Source of the DNA: Bacteroidota bacterium
Lineage (GTDB): Bacteria > Bacteroidota > Bacteroidia > J057
Length of the DNA: 64,000 bases
Assembly: GCA_038527485.1 (NCBI GenBank)
Contig: JBCBFT010000019.1
Span: forward strand, 754 to 64,753
Reading direction: 5' to 3'
Positions within the stretch are counted from its first letter, which is position 1; every line of letters begins with the position of its first letter. The notes below the pieces were generated by a model. The model was not told the origin of the DNA, searched no databases, and was given only the letters and a program-made list of their open reading frames with translations. Both the position numbers and the translations under genes were made by a program. This document shows positions 26,309 through 34,368 of the stretch, piece by piece.

Positions 26309-26668
26309 ATGAGTAAAAGTAAAATCAGTAAGAGGCCTTCCCAAAATAGGGAAAGGCTCAAATCCATCAAGCTTCTTATAAATTCCTTGTTTGGTCTTAC
26401 CACCGCAGAGGAAGAATTTGAGGTTGAGAAACAGTTAGATGAAATCCCTTTATATAGGGATGCAAGGGAAGGGATTATTGATTTCTTAATTGAGGAGGGA
26501 AAAAGCTCATTTGAGCGAAAACTCCAGAGTAGGGATTATACGATTAATATATTAGAATATGCTCAAGATGCTGCCAAAAATGATCCTGAGATCGATAAAA
26601 TGATCGGTGATTGTTTTCGTACTCAGTCAAGTGATACCTATTTAACAGATATCCTTAAGGATAATTGA
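26309..26668 (+). CDS. Hypothetical soluble protein downstream of the ECF sigma factor, with no TM segment
   Basis: The ATG at 26309 gives MSKSKISKRPSQ.... No motif was recognised. A hairpin follows. Confidence 0.45.
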   Translation: MSKSKISKRPSQNRERLKSIKLLINSLFGLTTAEEEFEVEKQLDEIPLYRDAREGIIDFLIEEGKSSFERKLQSRDYTINILEYAQDAAKNDPEIDKMIGDCFRTQSSDTYLTDILKDN

Positions 26669-26678
26669 TCTTAAGAAT

Positions 26679-26701
26679 GGGACAGCCACGCACGCTGTCC
26701 C
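26679..26701 (+). terminator. Hairpin after the 26309 gene; no clear T-tract
   Basis: GGGACAGC-cacgcac-GCTGTCCC. Confidence 0.4.
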
Positions 26702-27017
26702 ATATCTCACATGAATAAAAGCAAAGATCAGTACAAAAGCTTCCCTATAATTATAGAGATGATTTTACAAGCCCATGTCGTATGCATGCATAATAAAAAG
26801 TTTGAAAAATATAAAACCGTATCTTAAGGGTATATCTTCAAATATAATGTATACGATTCCCTGGTCTTCTTTTTCTTATTAAAAGACTCCGAACATGTAG
26901 TATGATCGTGAATATTTATACCTGTAGTTTAATGTAGCTCCATCAAGCTTCAAAATCTGTAGTGAAATCACCATAACAAGAACAAGAGAAAATCAAGGAA
27001 AAGCTTAGTACTTTCAG

Positions 27018-27272
27018 ATGAATATCGCCCAAAATTTTCCCAGATTTGAGTGTATGAAGCGAAAGGTCATCTTACATCAGACGTTACAAGATCTCTATGC
27101 TCAAATGGGAATCTCCATGGAGCAAGAGGTGGAGATGATTGGCAACTTGACTGCGCTGGGGCGTGTGGGACAGGCCGAAGATATTGGAGGCGTTGTGGCC
27201 TTCCTCGCCAGCGACGACGCGGGCTGGATCAATGCCCAGCGTATAGAGGTATCAGACGGTCAGAATTTGTAA
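27018..27272 (+). pseudogene. 3' remnant of a short-chain dehydrogenase/reductase (SDR, FabG-like) gene
   Basis: Only the C-terminal ~65 aa are SDR-like: ...NLTALGRVGQAEDIGGVVAFLASDDAGWINAQRIEVSDGQNL (compare the canonical PLGRxGxPEDIAxxVxFLASDxAxYITGQxxxVDGG). The Rossmann N-terminus and the catalytic YxxxK are absent. The upstream DNA is about 30% GC and non-homologous. Confidence 0.7.
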
Positions 27273-27295
27273 GTAGAAAGTTGACTGGAAGGTGC

Positions 27296-27336
27296 GAGAA
27301 CAGGGAGAGACTGTAGCCCCTGTTCTCGTTTTTTTT
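27296..27336 (+). terminator. Rho-independent terminator
   Basis: GAGAACAGGG-agagactgtagc-CCCTGTTCTC, then G and T8. Confidence 0.85.
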
Positions 27337-27399
27337 GATTTCTGAAAAGAAAAATATCCTTATTTTGGGAATATCTATATATGACCGATAACAGGATAC

Positions 27400-28365
27400 A
27401 TGGCAAAGACACAAGAGGGAGGAAATAATAGTAAAGTCAAACGATTTCTGGTAGGATTGGGGATACCTACAGGTATTGTTGCAGTGGCTATGGCTATTTT
27501 TATTGCGCTGCCGCAAGATCTCCAAGATCAAATCTCTTTATGGATTGAGGTACAAGATTCTACCGAAATTGTCATTCCTCCAGATCCCCACGACGAGCGA
27601 ACGGTGACAAGTCTGGTCAACTTTTATCCTTCTTCTACAACCCAACATATCATTACGCACGATTTCATCAAGCTCTCATATGCAGAGTCGCATGAGCAGG
27701 CAGAGTGGGTGGCCTACGAGTTGCGTGCAGAAGACCTACAGACTTTTGCTTTTGAGCGTCCTTCTTCCTTCAAGGTCGACCCCAAAGTCACCAGCGGCAG
27801 TGCCCACCCATCGGATTATCTCAAGAGCGGATACGATCGGGGACATCTCGCGCCCGCTGCTGATATGTCGTTTGATGAGGACGCACTCAAGCAAAGCTTT
27901 TATATGAGTAATATCAGCCCTCAGCAGCCAGGATTTAATCGGGGGATCTGGAAGGAACTGGAAATGCAAGTACGCGACTGGTGTAAGCAAAGCCAGAACT
28001 TATATGTCGTCACAGGACCTGTCCTGACGCTACGTGCCCAGCGCAGATTGGGCAAGGAAAAAGCACTAGCTGCTCCCTCGCGGTACTACAAGATATTGCT
28101 GGACCTCAACGATGTCTCCTCCAAAGCCGCTGCTTTCCTTCTCCCCAACAAAAAGAGCGATGAACGTCTGTCAGATTATATAGTCACGATCGACTCGTTA
28201 GAGGCTTTGACCCAGATTGATTTTTTCCCTCACCTTCCTGACAAGCAGGAAAAAGAGTTGGAATCCCGAACGTTTAAAAATAAATGGGATTTTGATGAAG
28301 AGCGATTCATGATGCGCAAGTTGATGTGGAATCCCGATGCGGCCCAATCACGGTCTTTTGAGTAA
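27400..28365 (+). CDS. Membrane-anchored DNA/RNA non-specific endonuclease (EndA/NucM/NucA family)
   Basis: An N-terminal TM anchor (LVGLGIPTGIVAVAMAIFIAL), the catalytic block YDRGHLAPAADM and SNISPQQPGFNRGIW. Confidence 0.85.
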   Translation: MAKTQEGGNNSKVKRFLVGLGIPTGIVAVAMAIFIALPQDLQDQISLWIEVQDSTEIVIPPDPHDERTVTSLVNFYPSSTTQHIITHDFIKLSYAESHEQAEWVAYELRAEDLQTFAFERPSSFKVDPKVTSGSAHPSDYLKSGYDRGHLAPAADMSFDEDALKQSFYMSNISPQQPGFNRGIWKELEMQVRDWCKQSQNLYVVTGPVLTLRAQRRLGKEKALAAPSRYYKILLDLNDVSSKAAAFLLPNKKSDERLSDYIVTIDSLEALTQIDFFPHLPDKQEKELESRTFKNKWDFDEERFMMRKLMWNPDAAQSRSFE

Positions 28366-28395
28366 ACATTGAGTGAAGGTCCATGTTTGAAAGGA

Positions 28396-28563
28396 ATGAA
28401 AACGAAAAACTGTCCCCGCTGTAAGAAGGATTTCGACACCATGTATCGTGTGCAGATCCAAAAAGGGAAAACGTGGATCTTCGTCTGCAAAGATTGCTGT
28501 GAGCATTATCAAAAGGGAGCCTTCTATCGATATGGAGGGACTTGGAAGGGGTACAGACATTGA
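28396..28563 (+). CDS. Small zinc-ribbon-like protein (CxxC...CxxCC), hypothetical
   Basis: MKTKNCPRCKKDFDTMYRVQIQKGKTWIFVCKDCCEHYQKGAFYRYGGTWKGYRH. It starts 31 nt after the nuclease stop, or 4 nt after it if the TTG at 28369 is used. Confidence 0.5.
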   Translation: MKTKNCPRCKKDFDTMYRVQIQKGKTWIFVCKDCCEHYQKGAFYRYGGTWKGYRH

Positions 28564-28571
28564 GGAAGAAA

Positions 28572-29519
28572 TCACTTAATGATAGAACCCAATGTAGCAA
28601 GCGTCAGTCCCAACATCAAAATCAATCCATAGAGGCCCGAAATCAGGCTCGTCCTCAGGATGGTACCTCCCCAGGATCTACGATATGTTCTGCGGATAGC
28701 CAAGGTGAGATACACCAAAATACCAAAGATCACTACCAGTTGCATATATCGGGCGCCTACCCCATAATTTAACGCCAGTAAGAGCCCCATCCAAATGAAG
28801 GCGAAGGAGTGGAGGTTGAGAGAAAATACCAAATGCTCTGTATAATACATACGATTCCTCGCAAAGAAGAGTTTGAGTAACAAGGCCAAAAGCGGCATCA
28901 GGAGAAACATGACCCTGCTGGTATTTTCCATCATGCTATGGTAGAGGTCCACATAGTTGATCTGCCCGGCCATCAAGGCGATACCAAATAAGGTAACACG
29001 CCTTTCGACCCAATTTACCTGTAGGTCTTTGGCTTTGAACACGGAGTCCAAATCTGCCGAAGTAACCTCCCCCTTTTTCAGGAGATCTTTAATTTCTGTC
29101 CCTGTCAGCAGGCTTTTTCCCACCATATTGATTCGGCCATTGACAGATAGACTATCCGATTGGATGGCCATATTGATTTCCTTGTTGACCTTCTCCGCAT
29201 CCTGTTGCGTGACGAAGTTGACTTCGAGGAAGAATAGGAAGCTGATCAATAAATAAAATTGAAGAGGAGGGACATAGAAGCGGCGGTGCCCCTGATTGAA
29301 TCGGTTGGTGATCAATCCAGGTACCCACATATCCTTGAGGGTATGATAGGTACGTGTATCAAAGTTGAAAATTTGCTGGATGGAGACTACGAGAAATCGA
29401 CCGAGAGAAAGCCTGTGAGTGGTATTTTTTTGCCCACAGTGTGCGCAGTAGTTGTCCTGCTCCCTCAGAAAATGGGAGCAATTGGGACAATAGGTATTTT
29501 CTGGCTGACGTTCATTCAT
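28572..29519 (-). CDS. DUF3667-family membrane protein with an N-terminal zinc ribbon
   Basis: YCPNCSHFLREQDNYCAHCGQKN is followed by several TM helices, the architecture typical of DUF3667. Confidence 0.7.
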   Translation of the reverse strand: MNERQPENTYCPNCSHFLREQDNYCAHCGQKNTTHRLSLGRFLVVSIQQIFNFDTRTYHTLKDMWVPGLITNRFNQGHRRFYVPPLQFYLLISFLFFLEVNFVTQQDAEKVNKEINMAIQSDSLSVNGRINMVGKSLLTGTEIKDLLKKGEVTSADLDSVFKAKDLQVNWVERRVTLFGIALMAGQINYVDLYHSMMENTSRVMFLLMPLLALLLKLFFARNRMYYTEHLVFSLNLHSFAFIWMGLLLALNYGVGARYMQLVVIFGILVYLTLAIRRTYRRSWGGTILRTSLISGLYGLILMLGLTLATLGSIIK

Positions 29520-29543
29520 GACATCTGATGGGGGAGACTTTAC

Positions 29544-30050
29544 CTATTCAGATTGATTGAGGATGCTTTGATAGGATTCCCAGTCTTTGAGTATATACAC
29601 GATACCTTTTCCTGCTTCTGCGTATATATCGAATACATCTTTTTTCTGTAGGTCTGAGAGACGGAGGGTGGCCTCCTCAAGAGACAGATTCGTGGCAAAA
29701 CACAGCATACCAGGTGTGATTTTTCCAGATGCTTTGACGGCAGCCATGATGATGTCACTTTCTGTTACAGGTTCATTGCCTCTTTTCTTTTTGATACTTG
29801 TCAACTCATTTTCCCTGATGAGGTCGGGATTGGTCAGTTGGTAGATGCGCGAGTTGTCATTCACTTTTACATTGAATACACCTCTCTTTCGCAATCTCTT
29901 GAGTCTACTTTCGGCATTTTTAATCTTCAGATGGGTGACTACAGCAAGAGAAGAGGGGGTCACTTGACCTCCCAATTGTTTGGCGATGGCGATGATATCA
30001 GCATCACTGATTTTTCCTTTCTTACGGTTTAAAAATGAGAAGATGGCCAT
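29544..30050 (-). CDS. Hypothetical protein made of two tandem ~60-aa winged-helix-like repeats
   Basis: The internal duplication is ISDADIIAIAKQLGGQVTPSSLAVVTHLKIKNAESRLKRLRKRGVFNVKV versus VTESDIIMAAVKASGKITPGMLCFATNLSLEEATLRLSDLQKKDVFDIYA. Confidence 0.5.
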   Translation of the reverse strand: MAIFSFLNRKKGKISDADIIAIAKQLGGQVTPSSLAVVTHLKIKNAESRLKRLRKRGVFNVKVNDNSRIYQLTNPDLIRENELTSIKKKRGNEPVTESDIIMAAVKASGKITPGMLCFATNLSLEEATLRLSDLQKKDVFDIYAEAGKGIVYILKDWESYQSILNQSE

Positions 30051-30160
30051 AAAAATGCTACTGCTGAGGACGCTTATGATAAAAAATATAGTAAGATATG
30101 CGGGAAATTACATATACATATGGGGGGAAACAAATATTTCCCCCACATCATATCTGATTG

Positions 30161-31309
30161 TCATGCATGCGCCATCGCGACCATCTGAAAGGCTTGGTTG
30201 AGATCTGCCAATAGATCGGGTGCATCTTCTATTCCAACAGAGAATCGAAGCATCTGATTAGAAATTCCCATGGCTTGCCTTGTGGCTTCATCTATGGCTG
30301 CATGGGAGGTGAGTGCGGGAGAGCAAACGGTACTTTCGACTCCACCTAGACTCATAGAGGGCGATACGAGCTTGAGTGCCTCTTGATAGGCTTGATTGTC
30401 GATCCCTTCTGCCAACTCAAATGTCAGCATCCCTCCAAAACCCTGCATCTGCTTTCTTGCCAGCTCATGTTGAGGATGAGAGGCTAATCCAGGATAGTAT
30501 ACATGCTGGATCATCTCATGAGCAGCCAGTGCTTCTGCCAGATATTGCGCATTGTGGTTTTGCTGCTGTACGCGGAGGTTGAGTGTCTTGAGGCTGCGTT
30601 CGAGCAAGGAGGCACTCTGTGCATTGATGCTGCCTCCAAAGTTCTTGGCTGCTAGGTGGATGGTTTCGACTTTTTGTTCTGAGCAGAGGGCTATCCCTGC
30701 GCAGATGTCGCTATGTCCTCCCAGATACTTCGTGGCACTGTGTACCACGATGTCTATACCCAATCTATGGGGCTGCTGATTGATCGGCGAGGCAAAGGTA
30801 TTGTCGATCATCGTCGTGATGCCGTGATCTTTGGCGAGCTGGGCAATGGCTTCGATGTCCACCAGCGTGAGCAAGGGGTTGGAAGGGGTTTCGATGTGAA
30901 TCAATCGTGTGTTGGGGCGAATGGCTGCCTCAAAATCTGCTACTTCCATCCCTTCCGTAAAGGTGTACTCGACCCCACATCTGGGAAGCTCAGATTGGAC
31001 AAAGGCAATGGTCCCTCCATATAACGCTTTTTGCAGGATCACATGGTCTCCCTGTCTGACTTGACTCAGCATCGCGGTGCTGATGGCCGCCATACCTGAC
31101 CCGAACAAGACACCTGTTTCCGCCCCTTCTAGTTGGGCTACTTTTTTGACGACAGCCCCTTGGTTCGGAATGTTGAAATAGCGGGGGTATCGCTTTTGCT
31201 CCATGTCTAGGTAGGCATAAGACGTACTGGGATAGATCGGCGTGGTCCTTCCTTTCATTTCTGAATCGATGAAAGTGCCCGAGTGTACGCAAATGGTATT
31301 TTTATCCAT
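30161..31309 (-). CDS. PLP-dependent Cys/Met-metabolism enzyme (cystathionine gamma-synthase, beta/gamma-lyase or methionine gamma-lyase family)
   Basis: VVHSATKYLGGHSD carries the PLP lysine. 382 aa, with the typical fold-type I transsulfuration pattern. Confidence 0.85.
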   Translation of the reverse strand: MDKNTICVHSGTFIDSEMKGRTTPIYPSTSYAYLDMEQKRYPRYFNIPNQGAVVKKVAQLEGAETGVLFGSGMAAISTAMLSQVRQGDHVILQKALYGGTIAFVQSELPRCGVEYTFTEGMEVADFEAAIRPNTRLIHIETPSNPLLTLVDIEAIAQLAKDHGITTMIDNTFASPINQQPHRLGIDIVVHSATKYLGGHSDICAGIALCSEQKVETIHLAAKNFGGSINAQSASLLERSLKTLNLRVQQQNHNAQYLAEALAAHEMIQHVYYPGLASHPQHELARKQMQGFGGMLTFELAEGIDNQAYQEALKLVSPSMSLGGVESTVCSPALTSHAAIDEATRQAMGISNQMLRFSVGIEDAPDLLADLNQAFQMVAMAHA

Positions 31310-31566
31310 GATGTGGGTGTTATAATATCAATAAATAGATGTTGAGTATTCGATCTTGACTCACTTTTGAACGAATGGAAAATAAGACTTTTTAATATAC
31401 TACGGGGAGGCTAGCCTGCTTTTTGTATACCAGCGGACGAATCTTCACTTTCTGCTTTCCTCGTAGTATCCTACATCAACTTTCTCCTACACTTTCCGTA
31501 ACATGAATCACATAATTATAATCTGATTATATATTATCTTTGGCATTGAATCATAAACTACACATC

Positions 31567-31950
31567 ATGATGAGAAAATTACTCGCAGCTCTCGCAGGCT
31601 TCCTCTTTGCAGGGCAGGTTTCAGGTCAGCAGGTCCAAAATGTAGAGGTGTCTCAGTTTAAAATCTATATGGAGACCTATCAAAATTACTATCTAATCGA
31701 TGTAAGGACGCCACAGGAGTATGCAAGTGGTAAGATCCCAGGAGCCATCAACCTCAATGTCAACAATCCCAATTTTCAGGAGAAGCTAGCGGAGTTAGAT
31801 CCTTCTCGTCCTGTGCTGGTGTACTGCCATGCAGGAGGAAGATCGGCTCGTGCAGGACGCATCATGACCAATTATGGATTCATAGAAGTATTCAACCTCC
31901 AAGGCGGTATCACCCAGTGGAGATCCGCAGGAGAACAGATAGAGAAGTAA
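31567..31950 (+). CDS. Secreted single-domain rhodanese-like sulfurtransferase
   Basis: Signal peptide MMRKLLAALAGFLFAGQVSG and the active-site loop CHAGGRSARA. Confidence 0.8.
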   Translation: MMRKLLAALAGFLFAGQVSGQQVQNVEVSQFKIYMETYQNYYLIDVRTPQEYASGKIPGAINLNVNNPNFQEKLAELDPSRPVLVYCHAGGRSARAGRIMTNYGFIEVFNLQGGITQWRSAGEQIEK

Positions 31951-32022
31951 TAGGTAGAAGTGGTCAAATCCCTCAGAGGATGACTTTTCTAGCCTTTTTG
32001 TCTTTTACAAACATTCATATAA

Positions 32023-32331
32023 ATGGAAAATAAAAAAGCCACATTCAACGAGTTGATTCAAGGTGACAAACCTGTCCTCGTCGATTTCTTTGCTACTTGG
32101 TGTGGGCCTTGTCAGGCTATGCAGCCGATCTTGAAGGATCTGATAGAGGAAGTAGGAGATCAGGCACACATCATCAAGGTAGATGTGGACAAGAATCAGG
32201 CAGCAGCGCAGCACTTTGGTGTGCGTGGGGTCCCGACCTTTATTCTGTTTAAGGATGGAGAGATCAAGTGGCAGCAAGCGGGTATGCAACCTAAGCACCA
32301 GCTCAAGCAATTGATTGAGCAGCATGCATAG
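32023..32331 (+). CDS. trxA: Thioredoxin
   Basis: FFATWCGPCQAM (the WCGPC motif), GVRGVPTFILFKDG, 102 aa. Confidence 0.9.
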   Translation: MENKKATFNELIQGDKPVLVDFFATWCGPCQAMQPILKDLIEEVGDQAHIIKVDVDKNQAAAQHFGVRGVPTFILFKDGEIKWQQAGMQPKHQLKQLIEQHA

Positions 32332-32338
32332 ATCATAG

Positions 32339-32385
32339 AAGGAAAAACCGAGCGACAGCTCTCATCTGTCTTTCGGTTTTTCCTT
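32339..32385. terminator. Long compound hairpin after trxA
   Basis: AAGGAAAAACCGA-gc-GACAG-ctctcat-CTGTC-tt-TCGGTTTTTCCTT, with a 13-bp outer stem and a 5-bp inner stem. Confidence 0.7.
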
Positions 32386-32440
32386 TATTACTACACCTTT
32401 TATAAACTGCGAGTTTCGATCCTTTCACTTTCATTCTGCT

Positions 32441-32659
32441 ATGAATCTCCACAATGACTGGAAACTTTTCCTGATGCTTTCTCTGACGCTTGGACTGGCG
32501 CCTTTCTTTCCTGAGCCTCATATCTGGGGCAAACTCAAATGGATCGCAGGGGGAGCAGAAGGCATGCAAGTGATGGATTATTTTGATTTATTTCTTCATG
32601 GGATGCCTTGGCTTTTACTTTTTCGTATCCTTATATTGAAGGTATTGAAAAAGATATAA
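32441..32659 (+). CDS. Small conserved membrane protein, hypothetical
   Basis: 72 aa. LGLAPFFPEPHIWGKLKW is a motif I recognise from small Bacteroidota membrane proteins of unknown function. Confidence 0.5.
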   Translation: MNLHNDWKLFLMLSLTLGLAPFFPEPHIWGKLKWIAGGAEGMQVMDYFDLFLHGMPWLLLFRILILKVLKKI

Positions 32660-32671
32660 GTACACCGTTTC

Positions 32672-33265
32672 ATGAAGGAACATTGGGATGCGCGCTACCA
32701 AGCCGATACGTACGCTTATGGGGTAGCACCAAATGAGTTTTTTGCAGAACAATTAGAGAAGCTTGCCCCAGGAAGCCTGCTACTTCCAGCAGAAGGGCAA
32801 GGGCGCAATGCGGTATTTGCCGCAAAAATGGGTTGGGATGTTCACGCCTTTGACTTCAGCGAGGTCGCCAAAGAAAAGGCCCTGCAACTGGCTGAGCAAG
32901 AGGGCGTAGAATTTCGGTATGACACCATGAGTTTTGATTCGATCCAACTACCAGTAGAGACATACGATGCGATCGGATTGGTTTTTATCCATACAGCACC
33001 CAGCATGCGACAATCCCTACACCGTCAATTGATTCCCCTACTCAAACCTGAAGGTATGGTGATACTCGAGGCTTTCCACAAGACCCAATTAGGACTTACC
33101 TCAGGTGGCCCCAAGAGTGATGCGATGTTGTTTAGCGAAGAAGAACTCCGCGAAGATTTTCAATCCCTCGACATTATCTCCCTCGAAGTCGTCACCCGTC
33201 AATTAGATGAAGGGCCCTTTCATCAAGGAGAGGCACGCATCATCCAGATGGTGGCCCATGCTTAA
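32672..33265 (+). CDS. Class I SAM-dependent methyltransferase
   Basis: Motif I-like LLLPAEGQGRNAVFAAKMGWDVHAFDFS, motif II/III-like YDAIGLVFIH and LKPEGMVILE. Confidence 0.7.
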   Translation: MKEHWDARYQADTYAYGVAPNEFFAEQLEKLAPGSLLLPAEGQGRNAVFAAKMGWDVHAFDFSEVAKEKALQLAEQEGVEFRYDTMSFDSIQLPVETYDAIGLVFIHTAPSMRQSLHRQLIPLLKPEGMVILEAFHKTQLGLTSGGPKSDAMLFSEEELREDFQSLDIISLEVVTRQLDEGPFHQGEARIIQMVAHA

Positions 33266-33268
33266 TGT

Positions 33269-33650
33269 ATGCAAATCGAAAAATTCACATTTTGCGATTT
33301 GCGTAGACTCCAATCTACGCATGCCTCAATCGGTCATCTCCGACGACTCCCCCGCTCGAGCCTAGGACTGAACCCTACATGCTACATTTCATTGCCCCAT
33401 CAGGACAACAAATGGGGGAGCATGAATCGAAAAATTCATATTTTTCGCTATGCGTAGACTCCAATCTACGCATGCCTCAATCTGTTGTCTCCAATAATCC
33501 GCTCGAGCCTAGGACTGAACCCCACATGCTACATTTCATTGTCCCATCAGGACAATAAATGAGGGAGCATGAATCGAAAAATTCATATTTTTCGCTATGC
33601 GTAGACTCCGATCTACGCATGCCTCAATCTATCGTCTCCAACGACTCCCC
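33269..33650. repeat. Tandem array (~2.5 copies) of a 147-153 bp hairpin-rich repeat unit
   Basis: Unit starts are at 33269, 33422 and 33569. Each unit has ATGAAT-cgaaaa-ATTCAT (alternatively CGAAAAAT-tcat-ATTTTTCG), ATGCGTAGA-ctccaa-TCTACGCAT and TTGTCC-catca-GGACAA. It fills the whole gap between two convergent genes. Confidence 0.9.
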
Positions 33651-33657
33651 AAGGGAT

Positions 33658-34197
33658 TTACCTCGACTTCAAACTCACCTCCAGCGTATATTCCCCCTCT
33701 GACAATCCTTCGGCACCTACGACACCAATGATAACCTTGTACGGATTATTGATAGCCAAAATATCCGTTACCGTCCGTGTGTGATCCTGCGTCTTTCCGC
33801 GTCTTTTGTAGTCCCACTTGTGGTCGGCTTCACAGCGGACGCACTGGGAGAGGTTAGGAACGATAGACTCATTGGTGGTGCCGACTTCGTAGGCATACAA
33901 ACTAAAATTCGCCTTGGGGTCCTTCGGGATGACCTTGATGACCATCTCAGAGTAGCGTGGGAGCTGCGCTTGGTAGAGGACATGGTGCCCCGTAAATTTC
34001 TTTTTTTGTGTCTCGGGGAAGCAGGCCACGCTACTGTTCCATGCCCAAGACAAGGAAGACATCAGGGAACCATCTGACAAAGTCCCTTCAACCTCAACGA
34101 TTTCATTGGGAATGACCTCGATTTCTCTTAATTCTTGTCCATACACACTAGCACAAAGCCATAAAAGGAGCAGGTTGCAAAAAATAATAGGTTTCAT
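33658..34197 (-). CDS. Secreted hypothetical protein, beta-rich
   Basis: Signal peptide MKPIIFCNLLLLWLCASVYGQ. No motif was recognised. Confidence 0.5.
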   Translation of the reverse strand: MKPIIFCNLLLLWLCASVYGQELREIEVIPNEIVEVEGTLSDGSLMSSLSWAWNSSVACFPETQKKKFTGHHVLYQAQLPRYSEMVIKVIPKDPKANFSLYAYEVGTTNESIVPNLSQCVRCEADHKWDYKRRGKTQDHTRTVTDILAINNPYKVIIGVVGAEGLSEGEYTLEVSLKSR

Positions 34198-34368
34198 TTT
34201 GAATTACTTGTTGTGAAATGAGCGGACAGATGGGGTAAAGCAAAAAATGGTGAGATTCTCCTCCCTATCTATCCATTATGATTGTTCCTTATATCAACGA
34301 AAATGTAATCCAGTATTGGTATAATTTCTAAAGTCTCGTATTTATCCTTTAGTTTAATGTCGGATTGA

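Noticed and set aside
27050-27316. The alternative-frame ORF 27050..27316 overlapping the SDR remnant
   Set aside because: It gives an Arg/Gly-rich translation typical of an off-frame reading of a GC-richer gene, whereas the 27018 frame carries the recognisable SDR C-terminal motif.
31310-31566. A SAM, Met or other sulfur-related riboswitch in the 250-nt divergent region between the transsulfuration gene and the rhodanese-trxA genes
   Set aside because: I could not find the conserved SAM-I, SAM-II or SAM-SAH core sequences or a convincing multi-stem junction on either strand. A covariance-model scan would be needed to exclude one definitively.
33269-33650. Possible CRISPR array, or the small ORF at 33269..33457, inside the tandem repeats
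   Set aside because: The units are 147-153 bp and directly abut with no unique spacers, and no cas genes are nearby. The 62-aa ORF crosses repeat copies that differ by indels and has no protein-like composition. I treat it as a non-coding structured repeat.
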